Below, in pieces: positions 1 to 12,640 of a stretch of 64,000 nt of DNA. Within the stretch, counting starts at the first letter, position 1. Each line of letters begins with the position of its first letter. Source of the stretch: the human T2T-CHM13v2.0 reference genome, Homo sapiens; NCBI RefSeq assembly GCF_009914755.1, contig NC_060928.1. One strand, 5' to 3'. The position numbers were made by a program, and so were the translations under genes. The notes under the pieces were generated by a model that did not search any database, was not told where the DNA came from, and saw only the letters and a list, made by a program, of their open reading frames with translations.

Positions 1-600
1 TGTTTTATGTACAGTATATAATACATACTTTGGGTTCTTTGATATTTTATGTACAGCATATAATACATAATTTGGGGACTTATATTTTATGTACATTATA
101 TTATACATACTTTGGGTACTTTTATATTTTATGTACGGTATATAATACACACTTTGGGTACTTTGATATATTATGTACAGTATATAATACATACTTTGGG
201 TACTTTGATATATTATGTACAGTATATAATACATACTAAGGGTACTTTGACATTTTATGTACAGTACATAATACATACTTTGGGTACTTTGATATTTTAT
301 GTACAGTATGTAATGCATACTTTGGATACTTTGATATTTTATGTACAGTATATAATACATACTTTGGGTACTTTTATATTTTATGTACAGTATATAATAT
401 ATAGTTTGGGTACTTTGATATTTTATGTACGGTATATAATACATACTTTGGGTACTTTGATATTTTATGTACAGTATATAATACATACTTTGGGTACTCT
501 GATATTTTATGTACCGTATACAATATATAGTTTGAGTACTTTGATATTTTATGTACTGTATAAAATATATAGTTTTCGTACTTTGATATTTTATGTACAG

Positions 601-676
601 TATATAGTTTGAGTACTTTGATATTTTATGTACAGTTTATTATAAATGTTTGGGTGCTTTCATATTTTATGTACAG
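601..676. repeat. Block-boundary cassette (first example): 35-bp truncated monomer plus 41-bp head monomer, recurring about 85-90 times in the window
   Basis: TATATAGTTTGAGTACTTTGATATTTTATGTACAG (35 bp) then TTTATTATAAATGTTTGGGTGCTTTCATATTTTATGTACAG (41 bp). Head positions 650, 1272, 1810, 2516, 3137, 4010, 4464, 6010, 6464 give spacings 622, 538, 706, 621, 873, 454, 1546, 454, i.e. 42n-8 (occasionally off by 1-3 bp). Confidence 0.92.
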
Positions 677-1809
677 TATATAATACATACAAAGGGCACT
701 TTGTTATTTTATGTACAGTATATAATACATACTTTGGGTACTCTGATATTTTATGTACAGTGTATAATACATACTTTGGGTACTTTGATATTTTATGTAC
801 AATATATAATACATACGTTGGGAACTTTGATATATTATGTACAGTATATAATACATACTTTGGGTACTTTGATATTTTATCTACAGTATACAACACATAG
901 TTTGTGTACTTTGATATTTTATGTACAGTATATAATACATACTTTGGGTACTTTGATATTTTATGTACAGTATATAATACATACTTTGGGTACTTTCATA
1001 TTTTATGTACAGTATATAATACATAGTTTGGTTACTTTGATATTTTATCTACAGCTTATAATACATACATTGGATACTTTGATACTTTATGTACAGTATA
1101 TAATACATACTTTGGGTACTTTGATATTTTATGTACAGTATACAATATATAGTTTGAGTACTTTGATATTTTATGTGCAGTATAAAATATATAGTTTTGG
1201 TACTTTCATATTTTATGTACAGTATATAGTTTGAGTACTTTGATATTTTATGTACAGTTTTTTATAAATGTTTGGGTGCTTTCCCATTTTATGTACAGTA
1301 TATAATACATACTAAGGGCACTTTGATATTTTATGTACAGTATATAATACATACTTCGGGTACTTTGATATTTTATGTACGTCATATAATATATAGTTTG
1401 GGTACTTTTATATTTTATGTACAGTATATAATACATACCTTGGGTACTTTGATATTTTATGTACAGTACATAATATATAGTTTGGGTATGTTGATATTTT
1501 ATGTACAGTATATAATACATACTTTGGGTACTTTGATATTTTATGTACAGTATATAGTACATACTTTGGGAACTTTGATATTTTATGTACAGTATGTAAA
1601 ACATACTTTGGTTACTTTGATATTTTATGTACATTATATAATACATACTATTGGTACTTTGATATTTTATGTACATTATACAATATATAGTTTGAGTACT
1701 TTGATATTTTATGTCCAGTATAAAATATATAGATTTCATACTTTGATATTTTATGTACAGAATATAGTTTGAGTACTTTGATATTTTATGTACAGTTTAT
1801 TATAAAAGT

Positions 1810-4463
1810 TTGTGTACTTTCATATTTTACGTACAGTATATAATACATACTTTGGGCACTTTGATGTTTTATGTACAGTATATAATACATAATTTAGGTT
1901 CTTTTATATTTTATGTACAGCATATAATACAAAATTTGGGATCTTTTATATTTTATGTACATTATATAATACATACTTTGGGTACTTTTATATTTTATGT
2001 ACGGTATATAATACATACTTTGGGTACTTTGATATATTATGTACAGTATATAATACATACTTTGGGTAATTTGATATATTATATACAGTATATAATACAT
2101 ACTTAGGGTACTTTGACATTTTATGTACAGTAAATAATACATACTTTGGGTACTTTGATATTTTATGAACAGTATATAATACATACTTTGGGTACTTTGA
2201 TATTTTTTGTACTGTATATAATACATACTTTGGGTACTTTTATATTTTATGTACAGTATATAATATATAGTTTGGGTACTTTGATATTTTATGTACGGTA
2301 TATAATACATACTTTGGGTACTTTGATATTTTATGTATAGTATATAATACATACTTTGGGTACTTTGATATTGTATGTACAGTATACAATATATAGTTTG
2401 AGTTCTTTGATATTTTATGTACTGTATAAAATATATAGTTTTGGTACTTTGATATTTTATGTATAGTATATAGTTTGAGTACTTTGATATTTTATGTACA
2501 GTTTTTTATAAATATTTGGGTGCCTTCATATTTTATGTACAGTATATAATACATACTAAGCGCACTTTGATATTTTATGTACAGTATATAATACATACTT
2601 TGGTTACTCTGATATTTTATGTACAGTGTATAATACATACTTTGGGTACTTTGATATTTTATGTACAATATATAATACATACGTTGGGAACTTTGATATA
2701 TTATGTACAGTATATAATACATACTTTGGTACTTTGATATTTTATGCACAGTATATAATACATAGTTTGTGTACTTTGATGTTTTATGTACAGTATATAA
2801 TACATACTTTGGGTACTTTGATATTTTATATACAGTATATAATACATACTTTGGGTACTTTCATATTTTATGTACAGTATATAATATATAGTTTGGGTAC
2901 TTTGATATTTTATCTACAGCTTATAATACATACTTTGGGTACTTTGATACTTTATGTACAGTACATAATACATACTTTGGGTACTTTGATATTTTATGTA
3001 CAGTATACAATATATAGTTTGAGTACTTTGATATTTTATGTGCAGTATAAAATATATAGTTTTGGTACTTTGATATTTTATGTACAGTTTATAGTTTGAG
3101 TACTTTGATATTTTATGTACAGTTTATTATAAATGTTTGGGTACTTTCATATTTGATGTACAGTATATAATACATAATTTGGGCACTTTGATATTTTATG
3201 TACAGTATATAATACATACTTTGGGTACTTTTGTATTTTATGTACAGTATATAATACATACTTTTGGTACTTTGATATTTAATGTACAGTATATAATACA
3301 CACTTTGCGTACTTTGATATTTTATGTAAAGCATGTAATACATACTTTGGGCAGTTTGATATTTTATGTACAGTATGTAATACACAATTTGGGTACTTTG
3401 ATATTTTATGTACAGTATGTAAAACATACTTTGGGTAGTTTGATATATTATGTACAGTATATAATACATACTTTGGGTACTCTGATATTTTATATACAGT
3501 GTATAATACATACTTTGGGTACTTTGATATTTTATGTACAGTATATAATACATACATTGGGTACTTTGATATATTATGTACAGTATATAATACTTACTTG
3601 GGGTACTTTGATATTTTATGTACAGTATATAATACATACTTTGTGTACTTTGATATTTTATGTACAGTATATAACACATACTTTGGGTACTTTGATATTT
3701 TATGTACAGCATATAATACATACTTTGGGTATCTTGATATTTTATGAACAGTATATAATGCATACTTTGAGTACTTTGATATTTTATGTACAGTATGTAA
3801 TACATACTTTGGGTACTTTGATATTTTATGTATAGTATATAATACATACTTTGTGTAGTTTGATATTTTATGTACAGTATACAATATATAGTTTGAGTAC
3901 TTTGATATTTTATGTCCAGTATAAATTATATAGTTTTCCTAATTGATATTTTATGTACAGAATATAGTTTGAGTACTTTGATATTTTATGTACACTTTAT
4001 TATAAATGTTTGGGTACTTTCATATTCTATGTACAGTATATAATACATACTTTGGTCTCTTTGATGTTTTATGAACAGTATATAATACATACTTTGGGTT
4101 CTTTGATATTTTATGTACAGAATATAATGCATAGTTTTAGGTACTTTTATATTTATGTACAGTATATAATACATACTTTGGGTACTTTGATATTTTATGT
4201 ACAGTATATAATACATACTTTGGGAACTTTGATATTTTATGTACAGTATGTAATACATACTTTGGGTACTTTGATATTTTATGTACAGTATATAATACAT
4301 ATTATTGGTACTTTGATATTTTATGTACAGTATACAATATATAGTTTGAGTACTTTGATATTTTATGTCCAGTATAAAATACATAGATTTCATACTTTGA
4401 TATTTTATGTACAGAATATAGTTTGAGTACTTTGATATTTTATGTACACTTTATCATAAAAGT
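1810..4463. repeat. Four-block higher-order unit (17-15-21-11 monomers, about 2,655 bp); also at 22611-25265, 29582-32235 and 43285-45939
   Basis: Block spacings are 706/621/873/454 here, 706/622/873/454 at 22611 and 704/622/874/455 at 43285. Diagnostic variants keep the same order (CTACAGCTTATA in the 15-mer, CATATTTGATG head in the 21-mer, TGGTCTCTTTG in the 11-mer). Confidence 0.72.
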
Positions 4464-7400
4464 TTGGGTACTTTCATATTTTACGTACAGTATATAATAC
4501 ATACTTTGGGCACTTTGATGTTTTATGTACAGTATATAATACATACTTTGGGTTCTTTGATATGTTATGTACAGCATATAGTACATAATTTGGGGACTTT
4601 TATATTTTATGTACATTATATAATACATACTTTGCGTACTTTTATATTTTATGTACGGTATATAATACATACTTTGGGTACTTTGATATATTATGTACAG
4701 TATATAATACATACTTTGGGTACTTTGATATATTATGTACAGTATATAATACATACTTAGGGTACTTTGACATTTTATGTACAGTACATAATACATACTT
4801 TGGGTACTTTGATATTTTATGTACAGTATATAATACATACTTTGGGTACTTTGATATTTTATGTACAGTATATAATACATGTTTTGGGTACTTTTACATT
4901 TTATGTACAGTATATAATATATAGTTTGGGTACTTTGATATTTTATGTACGGTATATAATACATACTTTGGGTACTTTGATATTTTATGTACAGTATATA
5001 ATACATACTTTGGGTACTTTGATAATTTATGTACAGTATATAATACATACTTTGGGTACTTTGATATTTAATGTACAGTATATAATACACACTTTGCGTA
5101 CTTTGATATTTTATGTAAAGTATGTAATACATACTTTGGGTACTTTGATATTTTATGTACAGTATGTAATACACGCTTTGGGTACTTTGATATTTTATGT
5201 AGAGTATGTAAAACATACTTTGGGTAGTTTGTTATTTTATGATCAGTATATAATACATACTTTGGGTACTTTGATATTTTATGTACAGTATATAATACAT
5301 ACTTTGGGTACTTTGATATTTTATGTACAGTATATAATGCATAATTTGGGTACTTCAATAGTTTATGCACAGTATATAATACATACTTTGGGTAATTTGA
5401 TATTTTATGTACAGTATATAATGCATACTTTGGGTACTTTGATAGTTTATGTACAGTATACAATACATACTTTGGGTACTTTGATATTTTATGTACAGTA
5501 TATAATATGTAGTTTGGGTACTTTGATATTTTAACTACAGTATATAATACATACTTTGGGTACTTTGATATTTTATCTACAGTATATAATAGATACTTTG
5601 GGTACTTTGATATATTATGTACAGTATATAATACATAGTTTGGTTACTTTGATATTTTTTGTACAGTATGTAAAACATACTTTGGGGAGTTTGATATTTT
5701 ATGAACAGTATATAATACACATTTTGGGTACTTTGATATTTTATGTACGGTATATAATACATACTTTGGGTACTTTGATATTTTATGTACAGTATATAAT
5801 TCATACTTTGGGTACTTTGATATTTTATGTACAGTATATAATACATACATTGGGTACTTCGATATTTTATGTGCAGTACCCTATATATAGTTTGGGTACT
5901 TTGATATTTTATGTCCAGTATAAAATAAATAGTTTTGGTACTTTGATATTTTATGTACAGTATATAGTTTGAGTTCTTTGATATTTAATGTTCAGTTTAT
6001 TATAAATGTTTGGGTGCTTTCATATTTTATATACAGTATATAATACATACTTTGGGCACTTTGATATTTTCTGTACAGTATATAATACATACTTTGAGTA
6101 CTTTGATATTTTATGTACGGTATATAATACATACATTGGGTACTTTGATATTTTATGTACAGTATATAATATATAGTTTGGTTACTTTGATATTTTATAG
6201 ACAGTATATAATATATATTATGTGTACTTTGATATATTATGTACAGTATATAATATATAGTATGGGTTGTTTGATATTTTATGTACAGTATATAATATAT
6301 AGTTTGGGTAGTTTGATATTTTTAGTACAGTATGTAATATATAGTTTGTTTTATTTGATATTTTATATACAGTATACAATATATAGTATTGGTACTTTGA
6401 TATTTCATGTAAAGTATATAGTTTGAGTACTTTGATATTTTATATGCAGTTTATTATAAATGTTTGGGTACCTTCATATTTTATGTACAGTATATAATAC
6501 ATACTTTGGGAACTTTTATTTTATGTGCAGTATATAATACATACTTTGGGTACTTTGATATTTCATGTACAGTATATAATACACACTTTGGGTACTTTGA
6601 TATTTTATGTACAGTATATAATACACACTTTGGGTACTTTGATATTTTATGTACAGTATATAATACATACTTTGGGTACTTTGATGTATTATGTACAGTA
6701 TATAATACATACTTTGGGTACTTTGATATTTTATGTACAGTATATAATACATACTTTGGGTACTTTGATATTTTATGTACAGTATGTAATACACACTTTG
6801 GGTACTTTGATATTTTATGTACAGTATGTAAAACATACTTTGGGTAGTTTGATATATTATGTACAGTATATAATACATACTTTGGGTACTCTGATATTTT
6901 ATGTACAGTGTATAATACATACTTTGGGTACTTTGATATTTTATGTACAGTATATAATACATACATTGGGTACTTTGATATATTATGTACAGTATATAAT
7001 ACTTACTTGGGGTATCTTGATATTTTATGTACAGTATATAATGCATACTTTGGGTACTTTGATATTTTATGTACAGTATATAATGCATACTTTGAGTACT
7101 TTGATATTTTATGTACAGTATGTAATACATACTTTGGGTACTTTGATATTTTATGTATAGTATATAATACATACTTTGTGTAGTTTGATATTTTATGTAC
7201 AGTATACAATATATAGTTTGAGTACTTTGATATTTTATGTCCAGTATAAAATATATAGTTTTCCTAATTGATATTTTATGTACAGAATATAGTTTGAGTA
7301 CTTTGATATTTTATGTACACTTTATTATAAATGTTTGGGTACTTTCATATTTTATGTACAGTATATAATACATACTTTGGTCTCTTTGATGTTTTATGTA

Positions 7401-10077
7401 CAGTATATAATACATACTTTGTGTTCTTTGATATTTTATGTGCAGAATATAATGCATAGTTTTAGGTACTTTTATATTTTATGTACAGTATATAATACAT
7501 ACTTTGGGTACTTTGATATTTTATGTACAGTATATAATACATACTTTGGGTACTTTGATATTTTATGTACAGTATATAATACATATTATTGGTACTTTGA
7601 TATTTTATGTACAGTATACAATATATAGTTTGAGTACTTTGATATTTTATGTCCAGTATAAAATACGTAGATTTCATACTTTGATATTTTATGTACAGAA
7701 TATAGTTTGAGTACTTTGATATTTTATGTACACTTTATCATAAAAGTTTGGGTACTTTCATATTTTACGTACAGTATATAATGCATACTTTGGGCACTTT
7801 GATGTTTTATGTACAGTATATAATACATACTTTGGGTTCTTTGATATGTTATGTACAGCATATACTACATAATTTGGGGACTTTTATATTTTATGTACAT
7901 TATATAATACATACTTTGGGTACTTTTATATTTTATGTACGGTATATAATACATACTTTGGGTACTTTGATATATTATGTACAGTATATAATACATACTT
8001 TGGGTACTTTGATATATTATGTACAGTATATAATACATACTTAGGGTTCTTTGACATTTTATGTACAGTACATAATACATACTTTGGGTACTTTGATATT
8101 TTATGTACAGTATATAATACATACTTTGGGTACTTTGATATTTTATGTACAGTATATAATTCATGTTTTGGGTACTTTTACATTTTATGTACAGTATATA
8201 ATATATAGTTTGGGTACTTTGATATTTTATGTACGGTATATAATACATACTTTGGGTACTTTGATATTTTATGTACAGTATATAATACATACTTTGGGTA
8301 CTTTGATAATTTATGTACAGTATATAATACATACTTTTGGTACTTTGATATTTAATGTACAGTATATAATACACACTTTGCATACTTTGATATTTTATGT
8401 AAAGTATGTAATACATACTTTGGGTACTTTGATATTTTATGTACAGTATGTAATACACGCTTTGGGTACTTTGATATTTTATGTAGAGTATGTAAAACAT
8501 ACTTTGGGTAGTTTGTTATTTTATGATCAGTATATAATACATATTTTGGGTACTTTGATATTTTATGTACAGTATATAATACATACTTTGGGTACTTTGA
8601 TATTTTATGTACAGTATATAATGTATAATTTGGGTACTTCAATAGTTTATGCACAGTATATAATACATACTTTGTGTAATTTGATATTTTATGTACAGTA
8701 TATAATGCATACTTTGGGTACTTTGATAGTTTATGTACAGTATACAATACATACTTTGGGTACTTTGATATTTTATGTACAGTATATAATATGTAGTTTG
8801 GGTACTTTGATATTTTAACTACAGTATATAATACATACTTTGGGTACTTTGATATTTTATCTACAGTATATAATAGATACTTTGGGTACTTTGATATATT
8901 ATGTACAGTATATAATACATAGTTTGGTTACTTTGATATTTTTTGTACAGTATGTAAAACATACTTTGGGGAGTTTGCTATTTTATGAACAGTATATAAT
9001 ACACATTTTGGGTACTTTGATATTTTATGTACGGTATATAATACATACTTTGGGTACTTTGATATTTTATGTACAGTATATAATTCATACTTTGGGTACT
9101 TTGATATTTTATGTACAGTATATAATACATACATTGGGTACTTCGATATTTTATGTGCAGTACCCTATATATAGTTTGGGTACTTTGATATTTTATGTCC
9201 AGTATAAAATAAATAGTTTTGGTACTTTGATATTTTATGTACAGTATATAGTTTGAGTACTTTGATATTTAATGTTCAGTTTATTATAAATGTTTGGGTG
9301 CTTTCATATTTTATATACAGTATATAATACATACTTTGGGCACTTTGATATTTTCTGTACAGTATATAATACATACTTTGGGTACTTTGATATTTTATGT
9401 ACGGTATATAATACATACATTGGGTACTTTGATATTTTATGTAAAGTATATAATATATAGTTTGGTTACTTTGATATTTTATATACAGTATATAATATAT
9501 ATTATGTGTACTTTGATATATTATGTACAGTATATAATATATAGTATGGGTTGTTTGATATTTTATGTACAGTATATAATATATAATTTGGGTAGTTTGA
9601 TATTTTTAGTACAGTATGTAATATATAGTTTGTTTTATTTGATATTTTATGTACAGTATACAATATATAGTATTGGTACTTTGATATTTCATGTAAAGTA
9701 TATAGTTTGAGTACTTTGATATTTTATATGCAGTTTATTATAAATGTTTGGGTACCTTCATATTTTATGTACAGTATATAATACATACTTTGGGAACTTT
9801 TATTTTATGTGCAGTATATAATACATACTTTGGGTACTTTGATATTTCATGTACAGTATATAATACACACTTTGGGTACTTTGATATTTTATGTACAGTA
9901 TATAATACACCCTTTGGGTAGTTTGATATTTTATGTACAGTATATAATACATACTTTGGGTACTTTGATGTATTATGTACAGTATATAATACATACTTTG
10001 GGTACTTTGATATTTTATGTACAGTATATAATACATACTTTGGGTACTTTGATATTTTATGTACAGTATGTAATACA
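3370..10077. repeat. Older tandem duplication, period 3,284 bp (blocks of 37+11+21+10 monomers); repeated at about 31140-37850
   Basis: ORF pairs 4464/7748, 4767/8051, 5556/8840, 6010/9294 and 6525/9809 are all +3284, with scattered substitutions. 1546+454+871+413=3284. The left edge is approximate because of whole-monomer indels. Confidence 0.85.
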
Positions 10078-10300
10078 TAATTTGGGTACTTTAATATTTT
10101 ATGTATAGTATATAATACTTACTTTGGGTACTTTGATATTTTATGGACAGTGTATAATACATACTTTGGGTTCTTTGATATTTTATGTACAGTATGTAAT
10201 ACATAATTTGGGTACTTTAATATTTTATGTATAGTATATAATACTTACTTTGGGTACTTTGATATTTTATGGACAGTGTATAATACATACTTTGGGTTCT
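10047..10300. repeat. 126-bp (3-monomer) local tandem duplication; also at 16315-16568 and 37819-38072
   Basis: The variant string ...TACTTTAATATTTTATGTATAG...TACTTACTTT...ATGGACAGTG...GGGTTCT occurs twice 126 bp apart, but once in the paralogs at about 43600-43710 and 56880-56990. Confidence 0.88.
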
Positions 10301-12092
10301 CTGATATTTTCTGTACAGTGTATAATACATAATTTGGGTACTTTGATATTTTATGTACAGCATATAATACATACGTTGGGTACTTTGATATATTATGTAC
10401 AGTATATAATACATACTTTGGGTACTTTGATATTTTATGTACAGTATATAATCCATAGTTTGTGTACTTTTATATTTTATGTACAGTATATAATACATAC
10501 TTTGGGTACTTTGATATTTTATGTACAGTATATAATACATACTTTGGGTACTTTCATGTTTTATGTACAGTATATAATATATAGTTTGGGTACTTTGATA
10601 TTTTATCTACAGCTTATAATACTTACTTTGGGTAATTTGATATTTTATGTGCAGTATATAATACATACTTTGGGTAGTTTGATATTTTATGTACAGTATA
10701 CAATATATAGTTTGAGTACTTTGATATTTTATGTGCAGTATAAAATATATAGTGTTGGTACTTTGATGTTTTATGTACAGTATATATTTTGAGTACTTTG
10801 ATATTTTGTGTACAGTTTATTATAAATGTTTGGGTACTTTCATATTTGATGTACAGTATATAATACATAATTTGGGCACTTTGATATTTTATGTACAGTA
10901 TATAATACATACTTTGGGTACTTTTATATTTTATGTACAGTATATAATACATACTCTGGGCACTTTGATATTTAATGTACAGTATATAATACACACTTTG
11001 CGTACTTTGATATTTTATGTAACGTATGTAATACATACTTTGGGTAGTTTGATATTTTATGTACAGTATGTAGTACACACTTTGGGTACTTTGATATTTT
11101 ATGTACAGTATGTAAAACATACTTTGGGTAGTTTGATATTTTATGATCAGTATATAATACACATTTTGGGTACCTTGATATTTTATGTACAGTATATAAT
11201 ACATACTTTGGGTACTTTGATATTTTATGTACAGTATATAATGCATACCTTAGGTACTTTGATAGTTTTTGTACAGTATATAATACATACTTTGGGTACT
11301 TTGATATTTTATGTACAGTATATAATACATAGTTTGGGTACTTTGATATTTTATGTACAGTATATAATACATACTTTGGGTACTTTGATATTTTATCTAC
11401 AGTGTATAATATATACTTTGGGTACTTTGATATATTATGTACAGTATATAATACATACTTTGGGTACTTTGATATTTTATGTACAGTATATAATACATAC
11501 TTTGGGTACTTTGATATTTTATGTACAGTATATAATACATACTTTCAGTAGTTTGATATTTTATGTACAGTATATAATATATAGTTTGGGTACTTTGATA
11601 TTTTATGTACAGTATATAATACATAGTTTGGGTACTTTGATATTTTATGTACAGTATATAATACATACTTTCGGTACTTTGATATTTTATGTACAGTATA
11701 TAATATATAGTTTGGGTACTTTGATAATTTATGTACAGTGTATAACACATACTTTGGGTACTTTGATATTTTATGTACAGTATATAATACATACTTTGGG
11801 TACTTTGATATTTTATATACAGTATATAATACATACTTTGGGTACTTTCATATTTCATGTACAGTTTATAATATATAGTTTGAGTACTTTGGTATATTAT
11901 GTACTGTATATAATACATACTTTGGGTACTTTGATATTTTATGTACAGTATATAATACATACTTTGGGTACTTTGATATTTTATGTACAGTATACAATAT
12001 ATACTTTGACTACTTTGATATTTTATGTCCAGTATAGAATATATAGTTTTGGTAGTTTGATATTTTATGTACAGTATATAGTTTGAGTACAT

Positions 12093-12640
12093 TGATATTT
12101 TATGTACACTTTATTATAAATGTTTGGATACTTTCATATTTTATGTACAGTATATAATACATACTTTGGGCACTTTGATATTTTATGTACAGTATACAAT
12201 ACATACTTTGGGTACTTTGATATTTTATGTACAGTATATAATACATAATTTGGGTACTTTGATATTTTATGTACAGTATATAATGCATACTTTGGGTACT
12301 TTGATGTTTTATGTACAGTATATAATACATACTTAGGGTACTTTGATATTTTATGTATAGTATAAAATATATAGTTTGGGTACTTTGATATTTTATGTAC
12401 ACTTTATTATAAATGTTTGGATACTTTCATATTTTATGTACAGTATTTAATACATACTTTGGGCACTTTGATATTTTATGTACAGTATACAATACATACT
12501 TTGGGTACTTTGATATTTTATTTACTGTATATAATACATAATTTGGGTACTTTGATATTTTATTTACAGTATATAATGCATACTTTGGGTACTTTGATGT
12601 TTTATGTACAGTATATAATACATACTTAGCGTACTTTGAC
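12093..12640. repeat. Imperfect 293-bp repeat (two TTTGGATACTTTCAT-headed blocks, the second lacking the 35-bp monomer); also at +6268
   Basis: Heads at 12124 and 12417. The second copy has several private variants (TATTTAA, TTTACTG, TATTTACAG, TTAGCG). There is only one such head at 39896. Confidence 0.85.

Larger units (their letters stand above)
1..12346. repeat. Copy A of near-identical segmental duplication (partner 27773-40118, offset 27,772 bp); probably extends left of the window
   Basis: ORFs recur at exactly +27772 (112/27884, 646/28418, 4767/32539, 10773/38545, 12124/39896). Both copies share a private 2-bp deletion GGGGACTTATATT (about 80 and 27852). I noticed only six substitutions. 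Confidence 0.92.

Noticed and set aside
558-650. TATA-box-like TATAAAA and TATAAAT motifs at block boundaries
   Set aside because: Expected by chance as single-base variants of TATATAAT in extremely AT-rich DNA. There is no other promoter evidence.
10773-12086. 437-aa ORF (copies at 17041 and 38545) and all other ORFs with HTLGTLIFYVQYII, QSTQSMYYILYIKY or YTVHKISKYPKYVL repeats
   Set aside because: 42 is a multiple of 3 and several frames of the monomer lack stops, so long overlapping ORFs appear on both strands. Most + ORFs start at TTG and many end at the TGA made by the 35-bp monomer. There is no domain, codon or gene-structure evidence.
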